Assembly (NCBI GenBank): GCA_963842815.1
Contig: CAWJHU010000002.1
Coordinates: forward strand, 44,513 to 108,512
Source: Candidatus Nomurabacteria bacterium
GTDB lineage: Bacteria > Patescibacteriota > Minisyncoccia > Phycocordibacterales > UBA9973
Direction: 5' to 3'
Length of the DNA: 64,000 nucleotides
The position numbers and the translations under genes were made by a program. Positions within the stretch are counted from its first letter, which is position 1. Every line of letters begins with the position of its first letter. Below are positions 17,817 to 27,161 of this stretch, piece after piece. Below the pieces are notes generated by a model. It did no database searches. It saw nothing but the letters and a program-made list of their open reading frames with translations, and was not told the origin of the DNA.

Positions 17817-18765
17817 ATGCCTGAATATAAAATAATTATGCCTTCCAAACCTCGCGTTGTTTTGGAAGAGGACAATAAGGGAGTATTTGAAATAGACGGC
17901 CTCTATCCAGGATACGGCCATACTTTGGGCAATAGTTTAAGACGCATTATTCTTTCTTCATTGCCGGGCGCCAGCATTACCTCTATTAAAATAGATGGTA
18001 TTTCCCACGAATTTCAGACTATGGATGGTATTAAAGAAGATGTGATTGTGATGATTTTAAATCTGAAAAAAATTCGTTTCAAAATGCTTTCCGATGAACC
18101 GCAAATGGTGACTCTTTCCGTGAAAGGACCTAAAGAAATTTTTGCCAAAGACGTAAAAACCGGCGGACAGGTAGAAATTTTGAATCCGGATATTCACATT
18201 GTGGAAATTACAGGCAAGGTCAGTTTGAATATTGAAATGAAGATTGAAAAAGGCTTGGGTTTTATTTCAAAAGAAATTTTACAGAAAGAAAAAGTGGATA
18301 TTGGAACGATTGCTGTTGATGCGCATTTTTACTCCTATCCGCCGGGTTGCCTATGAAGTTGAAAATATGCGTGTCGGCGACAATACCAATTATAATCGTT
18401 TAAGAATTTCCATTGAGACGGACGGCACTCTAACTCCCAGGGAAGCTTTTCTAAAATCCATTGAGATAATGATAAATCAGCTTAAGGCTGTTATTGATTT
18501 CAAAGAACCGGAAGAAGAAATTATAGAGGAAAAAAAGTCTGCTCGCAGTGTTAAGGAAAACGTATCTGCCGAAGAGGAAGGAGAAAATAAAAAAGCGGAT
18601 GATTTTACCGATGTTTTAAAAACTCGCACCGATGGTCTCGATCTTTCTACCAGAACTCTAAATGCGCTTACTGCCGCCAATATTCGAACTCTGGGAGGTC
18701 TTGCTCGAAAGAAAAGCGAAGATTTATTGGAAGTGGAAGGTATCGGTGAAAAAGGAATCACGTGA
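17817..18765 (+). CDS. rpoA: DNA-directed RNA polymerase alpha subunit; reading frame interrupted by an apparent +1 frameshift in a T5 run at 18326..18330
   Basis: The track ORF 17817..18356 carries the alpha N-terminal domain (...LGNSLRRIILSSLPG...) and ends at ...IAVDAHFYSYPPGCL*. The overlapping ORF 18244..18765 in another frame continues the alpha sequence (PIRRVAYEVEN...) through the alpha-CTD (LSTRTLNALTAANIRTLGGL). Removing one T restores IAVDAHFTPIRRVAYEV. Confidence 0.8.
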
Positions 18766-18819
18766 AATTAAAAAAGTGCTTGGCAAATTCGGCCTTAATT
18801 TAAAAGAATAATTAAATAT

Positions 18820-19173
18820 ATGCGACATCATAATACCAAAAGAAAATTCGGAAGAGATAAAAACCAAAGAAAGGCATTGCTGAATTCTTTGGCGCTTAAT
18901 TTAATCGTGCGCGAAAAAATAAAAACAACTTTGCCCAAAGCGAAAGAATTGCGCCCATTTGTGGAAAAATTGATAACCAGGGCAAAAAAGGGAGATATGT
19001 CCACCCGCCGAGTTGATAATTTCCAAACTTTGAACCGAAGGAAGGAAGTGAAAAAACTTTTTGAAATTATCGCTCCGAAATATATGGATAAAAAAGGCGG
19101 ATATACCAGAGTTTTAAAATTGGGAGTCAGAAAATCGGATGGCACAGAAATGGCTTTAATAGAATTTGTATAA
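18820..19173 (+). CDS. rplQ: 50S ribosomal protein L17
   Basis: MRHHNTKRKFGRDKNQRKALLNSLALNLIVREKIKTTLPKAKELRPFVEKLIT. Confidence 0.92.
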   Translation: MRHHNTKRKFGRDKNQRKALLNSLALNLIVREKIKTTLPKAKELRPFVEKLITRAKKGDMSTRRVDNFQTLNRRKEVKKLFEIIAPKYMDKKGGYTRVLKLGVRKSDGTEMALIEFV

Positions 19174-19542
19174 AATCAATCATATGAAAAAAATTGACGA
19201 AAAAATAATAGATGCGAGCGGAAGAACATTGGGCAGGGTGGCCAGCGAGGTAGCCGTTTCCTTATGGGTAAAACGAATGCTTCTTTTGAAAGACATATTT
19301 ATTCAGGATTTCCAAAGTAAGGGTGATAAATGCTTCAAAAATTCGAATTACCGCCAAAAAATTGGAGGAAATTTACCACACCAGATATTCAGGACACAGG
19401 GGCGGGCTTCGTGTTTTGAAAGGCACGGAAACAGCCGAGAAAAAAGGGATTGAAAGAATTAGTCAAGCTCGCCGTATATCATATGCTTCCGGGAAATAAA
19501 TTACGAAGAGAAATGATGAAGAATTTAAAAGTTGAAGATTAA
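19166..19542 (+). pseudogene. rplM: 50S ribosomal protein L13, reading frame broken by multiple indels (frameshifted CDS or sequencing errors)
   Basis: The N-terminus IDASGRTLGRVASEVAVSL is in one frame (19166 frame). The middle segment VRVINASKIRITAKKLEEIYHTRYSGHRGGLRVLKGTETAEKKGIERI is in a second frame. The C-terminus VKLAVYHMLPGNKLRREMMKNLKVED* is in a third frame. All three segments match L13. There are at least two frameshifts, and probably three (with a short GKTNASFERHIYSGF segment in yet another frame). Confidence 0.7.
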
Positions 19543-19550
19543 TATTTATT

Positions 19551-19982
19551 ATGGATAAAGAAAAGAAAACAACCAAAGAAAAATATATTGAAGCAATAGG
19601 TAGAAGAAAAACTTCTACGGCCCGAGTGCGCATTTGGATATCGGCCAAACATAGTTTTATCGTTAACGGCAAAGACGCCAAAGATTATTTCAAAACCGAA
19701 GAGGAGCGCTGTTTGGTTTCCGACCCTCTCGTAAAAGGCATTGGCGGAACAGAAAAAACAGAACATAAATGGAAAGTGGAGGTAAAAGTTCAAGGCGGAG
19801 GAGTGCATTCCCAAGCGGAAGCCGTCCGTCATGGTTTGGCTCGCGCTTTGGTCTCATCCGACATTGAATTACGGCACAAAATGAAAACTTTAGGCTTCCT
19901 AAAACGTGACCCTCGCGCCAAAGAACGAAGAAAATTCGGACTCAAGAAAGCCCGCAAGGCGCCACAGTGGAGTAAACGCTAA
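19551..19982 (+). CDS. rpsI: 30S ribosomal protein S9
   Basis: YIEAIGRRKTSTARVRI...GGGVHSQAEAVRHGLARALV...KRDPRAKERRKFGLKKARKAPQWSKR. Confidence 0.92.
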   Translation: MDKEKKTTKEKYIEAIGRRKTSTARVRIWISAKHSFIVNGKDAKDYFKTEEERCLVSDPLVKGIGGTEKTEHKWKVEVKVQGGGVHSQAEAVRHGLARALVSSDIELRHKMKTLGFLKRDPRAKERRKFGLKKARKAPQWSKR

Positions 19983-20093
19983 AAACTCAAGAACAATGTT
20001 TTTAAAGGGTTTGGCGAGCGACGGCGAGCCAATTTCAGGATTTTTAAGCTTCAAAAAATCCGTACCGGCAAAAATATTTGTTCTTGAGTTTTT
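19981..20093 (-). repeat. intergenic repeated element, copy 1 (inverted-repeat-flanked, AAGCTT-loop hairpin inside)
   Basis: 16-bp terminal inverted repeats are AAAAACTCAAGAACAA and TTGTTCTTGAGTTTTT. The interior, read in reverse complement, aligns with 49140..49215. Shared stretches include GGTACGaATTTTTcGAAGCTTgAAAA, GGCTCG...AAACCC...AAAAA and CTGAA. Confidence 0.55.
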
Positions 20094-20131
20094 TGTTTTT
20101 TATTTTTTAGAGTTTATGCTAATATATTTAT

Positions 20132-20728
20132 ATGTCAGACGAAAAGGAAGAAAAACCAGAAATTTCCGAGCCCAAAGAAGACGAATCGGAAGTTCTGGAA
20201 TTTGAATTCAATGAAGATGGCGAAGAAGATTTGAAAAAGACCCTAAAAAAACTCAGGGCCGATTTAAAAGCGTGCAAAGCTGAAAAAGAAGAATACCTGA
20301 CTGGCTGGCAGAAAGAACGGGCGGATTTTGCCAATTATAAAAAACAGGAAGAAGACAGAAAAACAAATTTCTCGGAAGTTATCCGGGAACGCATCATTAC
20401 CAGGTTTTTAAGCGTTCTGGACAGTTTCAATATGGCCTTTGCCAACAAAGAAGCTTGGGAAAAAGTGGATGAAAATTGGCGTAAGGGTGTGGAATATATT
20501 TATGCCCAGATAAATACTATTTTTGAAGAATATGGCGTAAAAGAAATAGGAGAAGTGGGGGAAAGTTTTGACCATAATATCCATCAATCCATAGAAATGG
20601 TGCCGACCGATAAAAAAGAAGACAATCACAAAATAGCGCAAGTTATTCAAAAAGGGTACAAATTAGGCGACCGGGTCATCCGGGCTGCTCGGGTAAATGT
20701 TTTTGAGTATGATGAATCAACAAACTAA
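20132..20728 (+). CDS. grpE: nucleotide exchange factor GrpE
   Basis: Acidic coiled-coil N-terminus. The C-terminal beta domain includes KGYKLGDRVIRAARVNV. Confidence 0.88.
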   Translation: MSDEKEEKPEISEPKEDESEVLEFEFNEDGEEDLKKTLKKLRADLKACKAEKEEYLTGWQKERADFANYKKQEEDRKTNFSEVIRERIITRFLSVLDSFNMAFANKEAWEKVDENWRKGVEYIYAQINTIFEEYGVKEIGEVGESFDHNIHQSIEMVPTDKKEDNHKIAQVIQKGYKLGDRVIRAARVNVFEYDESTN

Positions 20729-22418
20729 ACAATGCCAAAACTGCAAAAAAGATTTCACGATAGAAGTGGAAGATTTTAATTTCTATGAAAAAATAAAAGT
20801 TCCTCCGCCGACTTTTTGTCCGGAATGTCGTCTTATACGTCGTCTTGTTTGGCGTAACGAACATTCTCTTTTCAAGAGACCAAATGCGGAAGAGGGAAAG
20901 AAAGATTTAATCATTTCTGTTTTCCATCCTGACGCAAATGTAAAAACTTACGATAAGGAAATGTGGTGGAGCGACAAATGGGATTCGTGTCAGTACGGCA
21001 GGGATTATGATTTTAATAAACCGTTTTTTGAGCAATTCAAAGAGTTGATGCAAGAGGTTCCGCACTTGGCCTTATCCGATTCAAGGTCTGTTGATTCTCG
21101 GTTTTGTAATCTTACGGTAGAAATGAAAAATTGCTATTTAGTTACTGCCGCCTGGACTTGTGAAGATTCAATGTATTCCAACAGATTAGTTACATGTAAA
21201 TTTACTCATGATTCATATATTTGTTACAACACAGAATTTGCGTATGAAAATGTGTATTGTCGCGACTCCAGCAGATTGTTTTTCTCTTTGGAAAGCGAAG
21301 GATGTATGGATTCTTATTTTCTATACGACTGTCGTAATTGCTCTAACTGTATTTTGTGTTCCAATCTAAGAAATAAAAATTATTGCATTGAAAATATTCA
21401 GTATGCCAAAGAAGATTATTTGAAAAAGAAAGAAGAACTTTTCTTAAATACACGAAGCGGCATAGAAGAAGCCAGAATAAAATTTGAAAAATTATGGAGA
21501 AATGCATTTCATCGCGATTTGAAGCTTATAAATACGATAAATGTGGTTGGTGACCATGTATACAATTCTCGTAATTGCTATGAGGTTTTTGATATTGACG
21601 GAGAATATGAAAATGTTAAATATGCCAACTGGGGCAGTTCAGGGCTTCGCGATTCGTATGATGTTGGTCCAGGAGCCGGAGGCAATTCCGAGCTTACCTA
21701 TGAAGGCATAAGCATAGGCGTGAACAATAGCAGATGCTTTTTGGGCGCAATCATTTGGTATTCAAATGAGGTTTTATACAGCTTTATGATGAACAACTGC
21801 CAGAATTGCTTCGGCTGTACTGAAATGAATGGCAAAAAATATTGTATTTTAAATAAACAATATACCAAAGAAGAATATGAAAGACTGCTTCCAAAAATCA
21901 AACAGCATATGAAAGATATGCCATATAAGGATAAACAAGGAAGAGTCTATGGATTTGGCGAATTTTTTCCGCCGGAACTTTCACCTTTTGCCTATAACGA
22001 GACAATCGCGCAGGATTATTTTCCCACAGATAAGGAAACGGCTGAGTCAAAAGGATTTTTATGGCGCGAAAATATTTCGGGTTCATATAAAATAACCCAA
22101 AAGGGGAAAGATTTACCGCAAACTATTTTAGAAGTGAAAGACTCTATTTTAGATGAAGTTATCGAATGTGAAATCACCGGCAAACCTTTTAAAATTATTG
22201 AGCAAGAGCTCAATTTTTATAGAAGATTCAATCTGCCTCTTCCGTCGGTTCATCCCGACGAACGCCACAATAGGCGCCTGAAATTCCGCAATCCTGTAAT
22301 GTTAAACAAAAAGCAATGCTTTTTTGGAGACAAAGAAATTATTACCACTTATCCTCCGGAACCGATAGGCCCGAGGAAAGTGCTTTGCACGGAGCATTAT
22401 AAACAAGAAATTTATTAA
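20709..22418 (+). CDS. cysteine-rich multi-zinc-ribbon repeat protein, paralog 1
   Basis: N-terminal segment CQNCKKDFTIEVEDFNFYEKIKVPPPTFCPECRLIRRL. Internal repeats have the pattern CxxCxxCxxC-x8-YC...QY.KEEY. A C-terminal zinc-ribbon-like segment follows. The probable start is at 20709 or 20712 (MMNQQTKQC); the track start at 20697 overlaps grpE. Confidence 0.6.
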   Translation: MMNQQTKQCQNCKKDFTIEVEDFNFYEKIKVPPPTFCPECRLIRRLVWRNEHSLFKRPNAEEGKKDLIISVFHPDANVKTYDKEMWWSDKWDSCQYGRDYDFNKPFFEQFKELMQEVPHLALSDSRSVDSRFCNLTVEMKNCYLVTAAWTCEDSMYSNRLVTCKFTHDSYICYNTEFAYENVYCRDSSRLFFSLESEGCMDSYFLYDCRNCSNCILCSNLRNKNYCIENIQYAKEDYLKKKEELFLNTRSGIEEARIKFEKLWRNAFHRDLKLINTINVVGDHVYNSRNCYEVFDIDGEYENVKYANWGSSGLRDSYDVGPGAGGNSELTYEGISIGVNNSRCFLGAIIWYSNEVLYSFMMNNCQNCFGCTEMNGKKYCILNKQYTKEEYERLLPKIKQHMKDMPYKDKQGRVYGFGEFFPPELSPFAYNETIAQDYFPTDKETAESKGFLWRENISGSYKITQKGKDLPQTILEVKDSILDEVIECEITGKPFKIIEQELNFYRRFNLPLPSVHPDERHNRRLKFRNPVMLNKKQCFFGDKEIITTYPPEPIGPRKVLCTEHYKQEIY

Positions 22419-22485
22419 TTCGTAATTTTATAATTTTGTGTTATAGTAAAAATAAGGCAGAAATGTCTTATTTTGTTTATATGGT

Positions 22486-22561
22486 CCCGTTAGAAATAGG
22501 AAATCAAAGATTTCCGTTAAACTAACAGGATTCGTATTATTTAGTATTAATTTCTAACGGG
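22486..22561 (+). promoter_or_regulatory. nested hairpins sequestering the start region of the ABC transporter gene
   Basis: Outer 12-bp stem pairs CCCGTTAGAAAT (22486..22497) with ATTTCTAACGGG (22550..22561) and ends 1 nt before the ATG at 22562. Inner hairpin is GGAAATC-aaa-GATTTCC (22499..22515). Confidence 0.3.
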
Positions 22562-24337
22562 ATGGCAAAGGATTATACAAATATACACCGAGGATTGGTG
22601 TTTAAATATTTCTGGCAAGTCATCAGGCATTTCAAGGTGTCTTTTTTTACCATTATTATTTGTACGACAATCGCATCGATACTCGATATTTATATTCCGT
22701 TTCAATACCTGAATCTCTGGAATGTTTTAAGCGCGAATAATTTTTCCGTTATGCCGATTGCTCAATCGATAATCATTATGGTTTTGATACTAAACTTGGT
22801 TCGCTGGGTTATCCGCCGAACTTCAGGTTTTTCTACTTCATATTTTGAATCGGCAGTGATGACCGGTCTTCGCAACCAAGCTTTTTCCTATATGATAGGC
22901 CATTCGCATTCTTTCTTTGCAAATAATTTCGGAGGGTCTTTAACGCGAAAAATAACTAAATACGCCAGAGCTTTTGAAAAAATAGCGGACAGAATGATTT
23001 TTGACGGATTGCCGCTTTTGGTCAGAAGTGTGGGAACAATCGTCGCCATATATGCGCTGTTGCCGAAATACGCTTATATTATGGGAATATTTTGCTTGGC
23101 ATTTCTAGCGACAGCTTTCTTTTATATTAGTCGCAAATTGAAATACGATATTATCGCCGCAGAGGCCGACACCAAAACGACAGGCGTGTTGTCCGATGCC
23201 ATAGGCAATCATTCTTCTATTCAATTATTTACCGGACATGAAAATGAAATAGATCGTGTTGAAGATATGACAAGGAAACAGCACAAAGCGACTCTTTTCA
23301 ATTGGTATTTATGGGAAGGCCTGGGCGCTGTCCAAAGTTTTTATATGGTTGCTGTTGAATTTATTATTTTCTGGGTAGCCCTTAAGGATTGGCAATTATC
23401 TCTCATTACTCTGCCGATAATAGTTTTATTGCAAAGTTATTTGATTCGCTTAGCTGATAATTTGTGGAGTTTCGGCGGAATTGTTCGAACATATTATGAA
23501 AGTTTTGCCGATGCGCAAGAAATGGCTCTTGTTCTTGACACGCCTTATGAAATTGTCGACAAGTATACGAAAACAGCTGATAATATAAAAGGAAAAATTG
23601 TTTTTGAAAAAGTGACTTATTTCTATAAAAACAACGACAATAAAGTATTGGATAATTTTTCGTTGACCATCCCGAGCGGGCAGAAGATAGCCATCGTCGG
23701 TCCTTCCGGCGCAGGCAAAACGACTTTTGTCAGACTTCTAATGAGAATGTTTAATTTAACTAGCGGCAAGATTACCATAGATGGAATAGATATCAGTGAA
23801 ATTTCTCAAAAGAATCTTCGCGAACAAATATCTTTCGTTCCGCAAGATCCTGTACTTTTTCATCGCACCTTGATTGAAAATATACGTTATGGCAGACGCG
23901 ATGCCACAGATGAAGAAGTGAAAAAGGCAGCGCATTTGGCGCACTGTGATGATTTTATCGATAAATTACCTTATGGTTATGAAACATACGTAGGGGAACG
24001 CGGAGTGAAGCTTTCCGGCGGTGAACGCCAGCGCGTCGCTATCGCTCGCGCGATTTTAAAAAACGCGCCGATACTTATTTTAGACGAGGCGACTTCTTCA
24101 CTCGATTCTAATTCCGAACATTTGATTCAAGACGCGCTTACAAAATTAATAGCAGGGAAGACGACTATAGTCATTGCCCACAGGCTTTCGACCATCAGGC
24201 AGATGGATAGGATTATCGTGATAAGAGACGGAAAAATCACAGAAGATGGAACGCACGATGAACTTGTTAATAAAAAAGATGGAGTTTATAAAAAACTTTG
24301 GGATTTACAAGCGGGTGGTTTTAGAAAAGTTATTTAA
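22562..24337 (+). CDS. ABC transporter, fused permease/ATP-binding exporter (MsbA-like)
   Basis: Six N-terminal TM helices. Walker A GPSGAGKTT, signature LSGGERQRVAIARA, and Walker B ILILDEATSSLD. Confidence 0.88.
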   Translation: MAKDYTNIHRGLVFKYFWQVIRHFKVSFFTIIICTTIASILDIYIPFQYLNLWNVLSANNFSVMPIAQSIIIMVLILNLVRWVIRRTSGFSTSYFESAVMTGLRNQAFSYMIGHSHSFFANNFGGSLTRKITKYARAFEKIADRMIFDGLPLLVRSVGTIVAIYALLPKYAYIMGIFCLAFLATAFFYISRKLKYDIIAAEADTKTTGVLSDAIGNHSSIQLFTGHENEIDRVEDMTRKQHKATLFNWYLWEGLGAVQSFYMVAVEFIIFWVALKDWQLSLITLPIIVLLQSYLIRLADNLWSFGGIVRTYYESFADAQEMALVLDTPYEIVDKYTKTADNIKGKIVFEKVTYFYKNNDNKVLDNFSLTIPSGQKIAIVGPSGAGKTTFVRLLMRMFNLTSGKITIDGIDISEISQKNLREQISFVPQDPVLFHRTLIENIRYGRRDATDEEVKKAAHLAHCDDFIDKLPYGYETYVGERGVKLSGGERQRVAIARAILKNAPILILDEATSSLDSNSEHLIQDALTKLIAGKTTIVIAHRLSTIRQMDRIIVIRDGKITEDGTHDELVNKKDGVYKKLWDLQAGGFRKVI

Positions 24338-24835
24338 AAAAGCTGAATTTGTTTCTGGATCAAGCTTGTCGGTGACTATTATCATCAGCTCGGTGCCGAG
24401 TCCTAAATCTTTTTTGATATTTGTAAAAAGATGTTCATAAGGAAAAGGGGAGATCCAGACTGTATTTTTTATGCAAGTGAAATCCGCTTTTTTCAAAAGA
24501 TAGCGCAAAGCCTCGCGCTCGCCTTTTCTTTCTTCCGGAATATCTAAAATTATAATTCTCCAAAGACCATCCCAAGCGGTGGAAACCAATACACCCTCAC
24601 CTTCGAGTTTTAGAGTATTTAATTTATTCTTGCCCTTTTTTGTCAGTTTCAAATAACTTTTATTGTCGGACTGAATCATTTCTACATGGCCTGATTCCAC
24701 TAGATTTTTTATGGAACGGGTGAGAGCATATCCTGTTTTTTGGTCTTTACTAGCCTTTATTAAATCTAAAGGAATAGCTGGCTTTTCGGCTAAAATTTTA
24801 AGTATTTTATTAGAATATTCCTGTTTCCTTAACAT
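24305..24835 (-). CDS. winged-helix transcriptional regulator (PaaX-like)
   Basis: An N-terminal wHTH (ILKILAEKPAIPLDLIKASKDQKTGYALTRSIKNLVESG) is followed by a C-terminal domain DGLWRIIILDIPEE...REALRYLL...TVWISP resembling PaaX_C. The likely start is the internal Met (MLRKQEY). It overlaps the ABC gene 3' end convergently. Confidence 0.4.
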   Translation of the reverse strand: MLRKQEYSNKILKILAEKPAIPLDLIKASKDQKTGYALTRSIKNLVESGHVEMIQSDNKSYLKLTKKGKNKLNTLKLEGEGVLVSTAWDGLWRIIILDIPEERKGEREALRYLLKKADFTCIKNTVWISPFPYEHLFTNIKKDLGLGTELMIIVTDKLDPETNSAFLNNFSKTTRL

Positions 24836-24961
24836 AACCCATATATTATAACATATACTGTCTTTTGACAAGTATTTAGCGGTCGCAAAAAACTTGCAAA
24901 ATATTTTAAATGGGTGTAATATCAATTAAATTAGCTCTTTTCTAAAAACACGCATAAAATT

Positions 24962-25000
24962 CTACTGAATTTTTGCTATGCTCGGCTCGTCAGCCTGTGC
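24962..25000 (+). repeat. partial copy of the intergenic repeated element (upstream of dnaK)
   Basis: CTACTGAATTTTTGCTATGCTCGGCTCGTCAGCCTGTGC shares GAATTTTT and the 17-nt box CTCGGCTCGTCAGCCT with the copy at 49116..49240. It lacks the AAGCTT hairpin and the terminal inverted repeats. Confidence 0.4.
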
Positions 25001-25060
25001 AATGTTTTTATAAAAGACTAATTTAATTTCTATTAATTATTAATAATTTTTTAAAAGAAC

Positions 25061-26923
25061 ATGTCAAAAATAATAGGTATAGATTTAGGAACAACAAATT
25101 CGGCTGTAGCCATCATTGAGGGAGGCGCGCCGAAAATTATTGAAAACGTGGAAGGCAACCGCACCACGCCTTCCGTCATTGCTATGGCAAAAAATGGAGA
25201 CCGATTAGTCGGACTTCTCGCCAAAAGACAGGCAGTCACAAATCCGGAAAATACAATTTCTGAAATTAAAAGATATATGGGTCACAGGTTCGATGATCCA
25301 GGCGTGCAGAAAGATAAAACGACTGCTCCATTCAAAATCGAAGCGGGAGAAGACGGCGGAGTGAAAGTAAAAATGTCCGAGAAGTTTTATCGTCCGGAGG
25401 AAATCTCGGCGATGATTTTGCAGAAAATAAAAACGGATGTTGAGACGAAGCTCGGCGAAAAAATAACTGAAGCTGTCATCACCGTGCCGGCTTATTTCAA
25501 CGACGCGCAAAGAAAGGCAACCAAAGACGCCGGACAAATTGCCGGGCTGGATGTTAAAAGAATCATCAATGAACCGACGGCTGCCGCGCTCGCTTACGGA
25601 TTTAATAAAAAGAAAAATGAAAAAATAGTCGTTTACGATTTCGGCGGAGGAACTTTTGATGTGTCCGTGCTTGAAATAGGCGATGATGTAATAGAAGTGA
25701 AGTCTACTGATGGCGACAGCCACATGGGCGGAGGCGATATCGACCGCAAGATGATAAATTGGATTGCTGAAGAATATAAAAAAGAATCCGGCATTGATAT
25801 CAGAAAAGATCCTCTGGCTCACCAGCGTTTGCGAGAAGCAGCCGAGAAGGCGAAACATGAACTTTCCACTACCATGGAAGCGGAAATAAATATTCCTTTC
25901 ATTACATCCGATGCCACTGGTCCGAAGCACTTGCTGATGAAAATGTCCCGAGCCACGCTTGAATCTCTAGCGAAAGAATATGTTGACCGTTCAATAGAGA
26001 TCACAAAAAGAGCGCTTGCCGCATCGCCATTCAAGATGAATGAAATAAATGAAATCATAATGGTCGGCGGACAAACCAGAATGCCGATGATGGTGGAAGC
26101 AGTGAAAAACCTTTTCGGTAAGACGCCGAATATGTCCATCAATCCTGACGAAGTCGTGGCTTTGGGCGCTGCTGTGCAGGGAGGTGTCTTAGCAGGAGAT
26201 GTGCGTGATGTCCTTTTACTTGATGTTATTCCGCTTTCGCTTGGTATTGAAACTTTGGGTGGGGTGGCTACAAAATTAATTGATAGAAATACCACTATTC
26301 CAGCCTCAAAATCCCAAGTATTTTCAACGGCGGCCGACAATCAGACTTCTGTGGAAATCCATATAGTGCAAGGCGAACGCCCGATGGCTTCCGACAATAA
26401 ATCTCTCGGCCGTTTCATTCTGGACGGCATTCCGCCGGCCCCAAGAGGTATTCCGCAAGTGGAAGTAACTTTTGATATTGATGTAAATGGAATCCTAAAT
26501 GTAAAAGCGATGGATAAAGCTTCTCAAAAAGTTCAATCCATAAAAATTGAAGCAAGTTCCGGACTGAAAGACGAAGATATTAAAAAAATGCAAGCAGATG
26601 CCGAGGTACACGCCGAGGAAGATAAGAAGAAAAAAGAAACTGTGGATGTAAAAAATACTGCCGAAATGATTATTTATACTGCGGAAAAAGCGTTGAAAGA
26701 TAATGAAGCAAAAATTCCAGCAGATGTGAAAGAAAATGTTAATGCGAAAATAACCGCTTTACGCGGAGTGAAAGACGGCGCGGATGTTGGGGCAATTAAA
26801 AAAGCTACCGAAGAATTATCTGCCGAAATGTCCAAAATCGGCGAAGCAATGAATAAGGCCGGAGCCGAAACTCCTCCGGGCGCTTCAGCTCCCGAAGAGC
26901 AAGGTCCCGAAGTAAAAGATTAA
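25061..26923 (+). CDS. dnaK: molecular chaperone DnaK (Hsp70)
   Basis: [23 protein letters not shown], the full NBD and SBD, and an acidic C-terminal tail. Confidence 0.97.
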   Translation: MSKIIGIDLGTTNSAVAIIEGGAPKIIENVEGNRTTPSVIAMAKNGDRLVGLLAKRQAVTNPENTISEIKRYMGHRFDDPGVQKDKTTAPFKIEAGEDGGVKVKMSEKFYRPEEISAMILQKIKTDVETKLGEKITEAVITVPAYFNDAQRKATKDAGQIAGLDVKRIINEPTAAALAYGFNKKKNEKIVVYDFGGGTFDVSVLEIGDDVIEVKSTDGDSHMGGGDIDRKMINWIAEEYKKESGIDIRKDPLAHQRLREAAEKAKHELSTTMEAEINIPFITSDATGPKHLLMKMSRATLESLAKEYVDRSIEITKRALAASPFKMNEINEIIMVGGQTRMPMMVEAVKNLFGKTPNMSINPDEVVALGAAVQGGVLAGDVRDVLLLDVIPLSLGIETLGGVATKLIDRNTTIPASKSQVFSTAADNQTSVEIHIVQGERPMASDNKSLGRFILDGIPPAPRGIPQVEVTFDIDVNGILNVKAMDKASQKVQSIKIEASSGLKDEDIKKMQADAEVHAEEDKKKKETVDVKNTAEMIIYTAEKALKDNEAKIPADVKENVNAKITALRGVKDGADVGAIKKATEELSAEMSKIGEAMNKAGAETPPGASAPEEQGPEVKD

Positions 26924-27146
26924 GAAGAAATAATTTTATGGAAAAACCAAAACCGCTGAATGTAAAAATAATACAAATTGTCTTAAAAGAGGACCACATT
27001 GTATTCGGATTGGGAAGTGATGATTTAGTTTACAGATATGACCCCGAGGAATCTGTTTGGCTACTTTATACAACCGAAGGTTTAACGTTCTAAGACAATA
27101 TTGTATATAGTTCCCAAAACATAAGCTTTTTAGTTTTGTTAATCTC

Positions 27147-27155
27147 TGGTATAAT
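27147..27155 (+). promoter_or_regulatory. extended -10 promoter element (TGgTATAAT) predicted to give a leaderless transcript
   Basis: TATAAT at 27150..27155 ends 6 nt before the ATG at 27162. TG lies at -15/-14. Confidence 0.45.
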
Positions 27156-27161
27156 TTACTT

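Noticed and set aside
18244-18356. Overlap of two plus-strand ORFs suggesting two genes
   Set aside because: Both encode consecutive parts of RpoA. A single-base frameshift explains the overlap better than two genes.
24926-25060. CIRCE/HrcA operator upstream of dnaK
   Set aside because: No TTAGCACTC-N9-GAGTGCTAA-like inverted repeat is present. The region instead holds a partial copy of the intergenic repeat.
25205-26340. 241-aa and 173-aa minus-strand ORFs
   Set aside because: They are antisense shadow ORFs within dnaK.
26938-27093. 51-aa ORF (MEKPKPLNVKIIQIVLKEDHIVFGLGSDDLVYRYDPEESVWLLYTTEGLTF) between dnaK and ATPase-A
   Set aside because: No recognisable SD or promoter was seen, so it is not listed as a feature. 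It may deserve a tblastn check.
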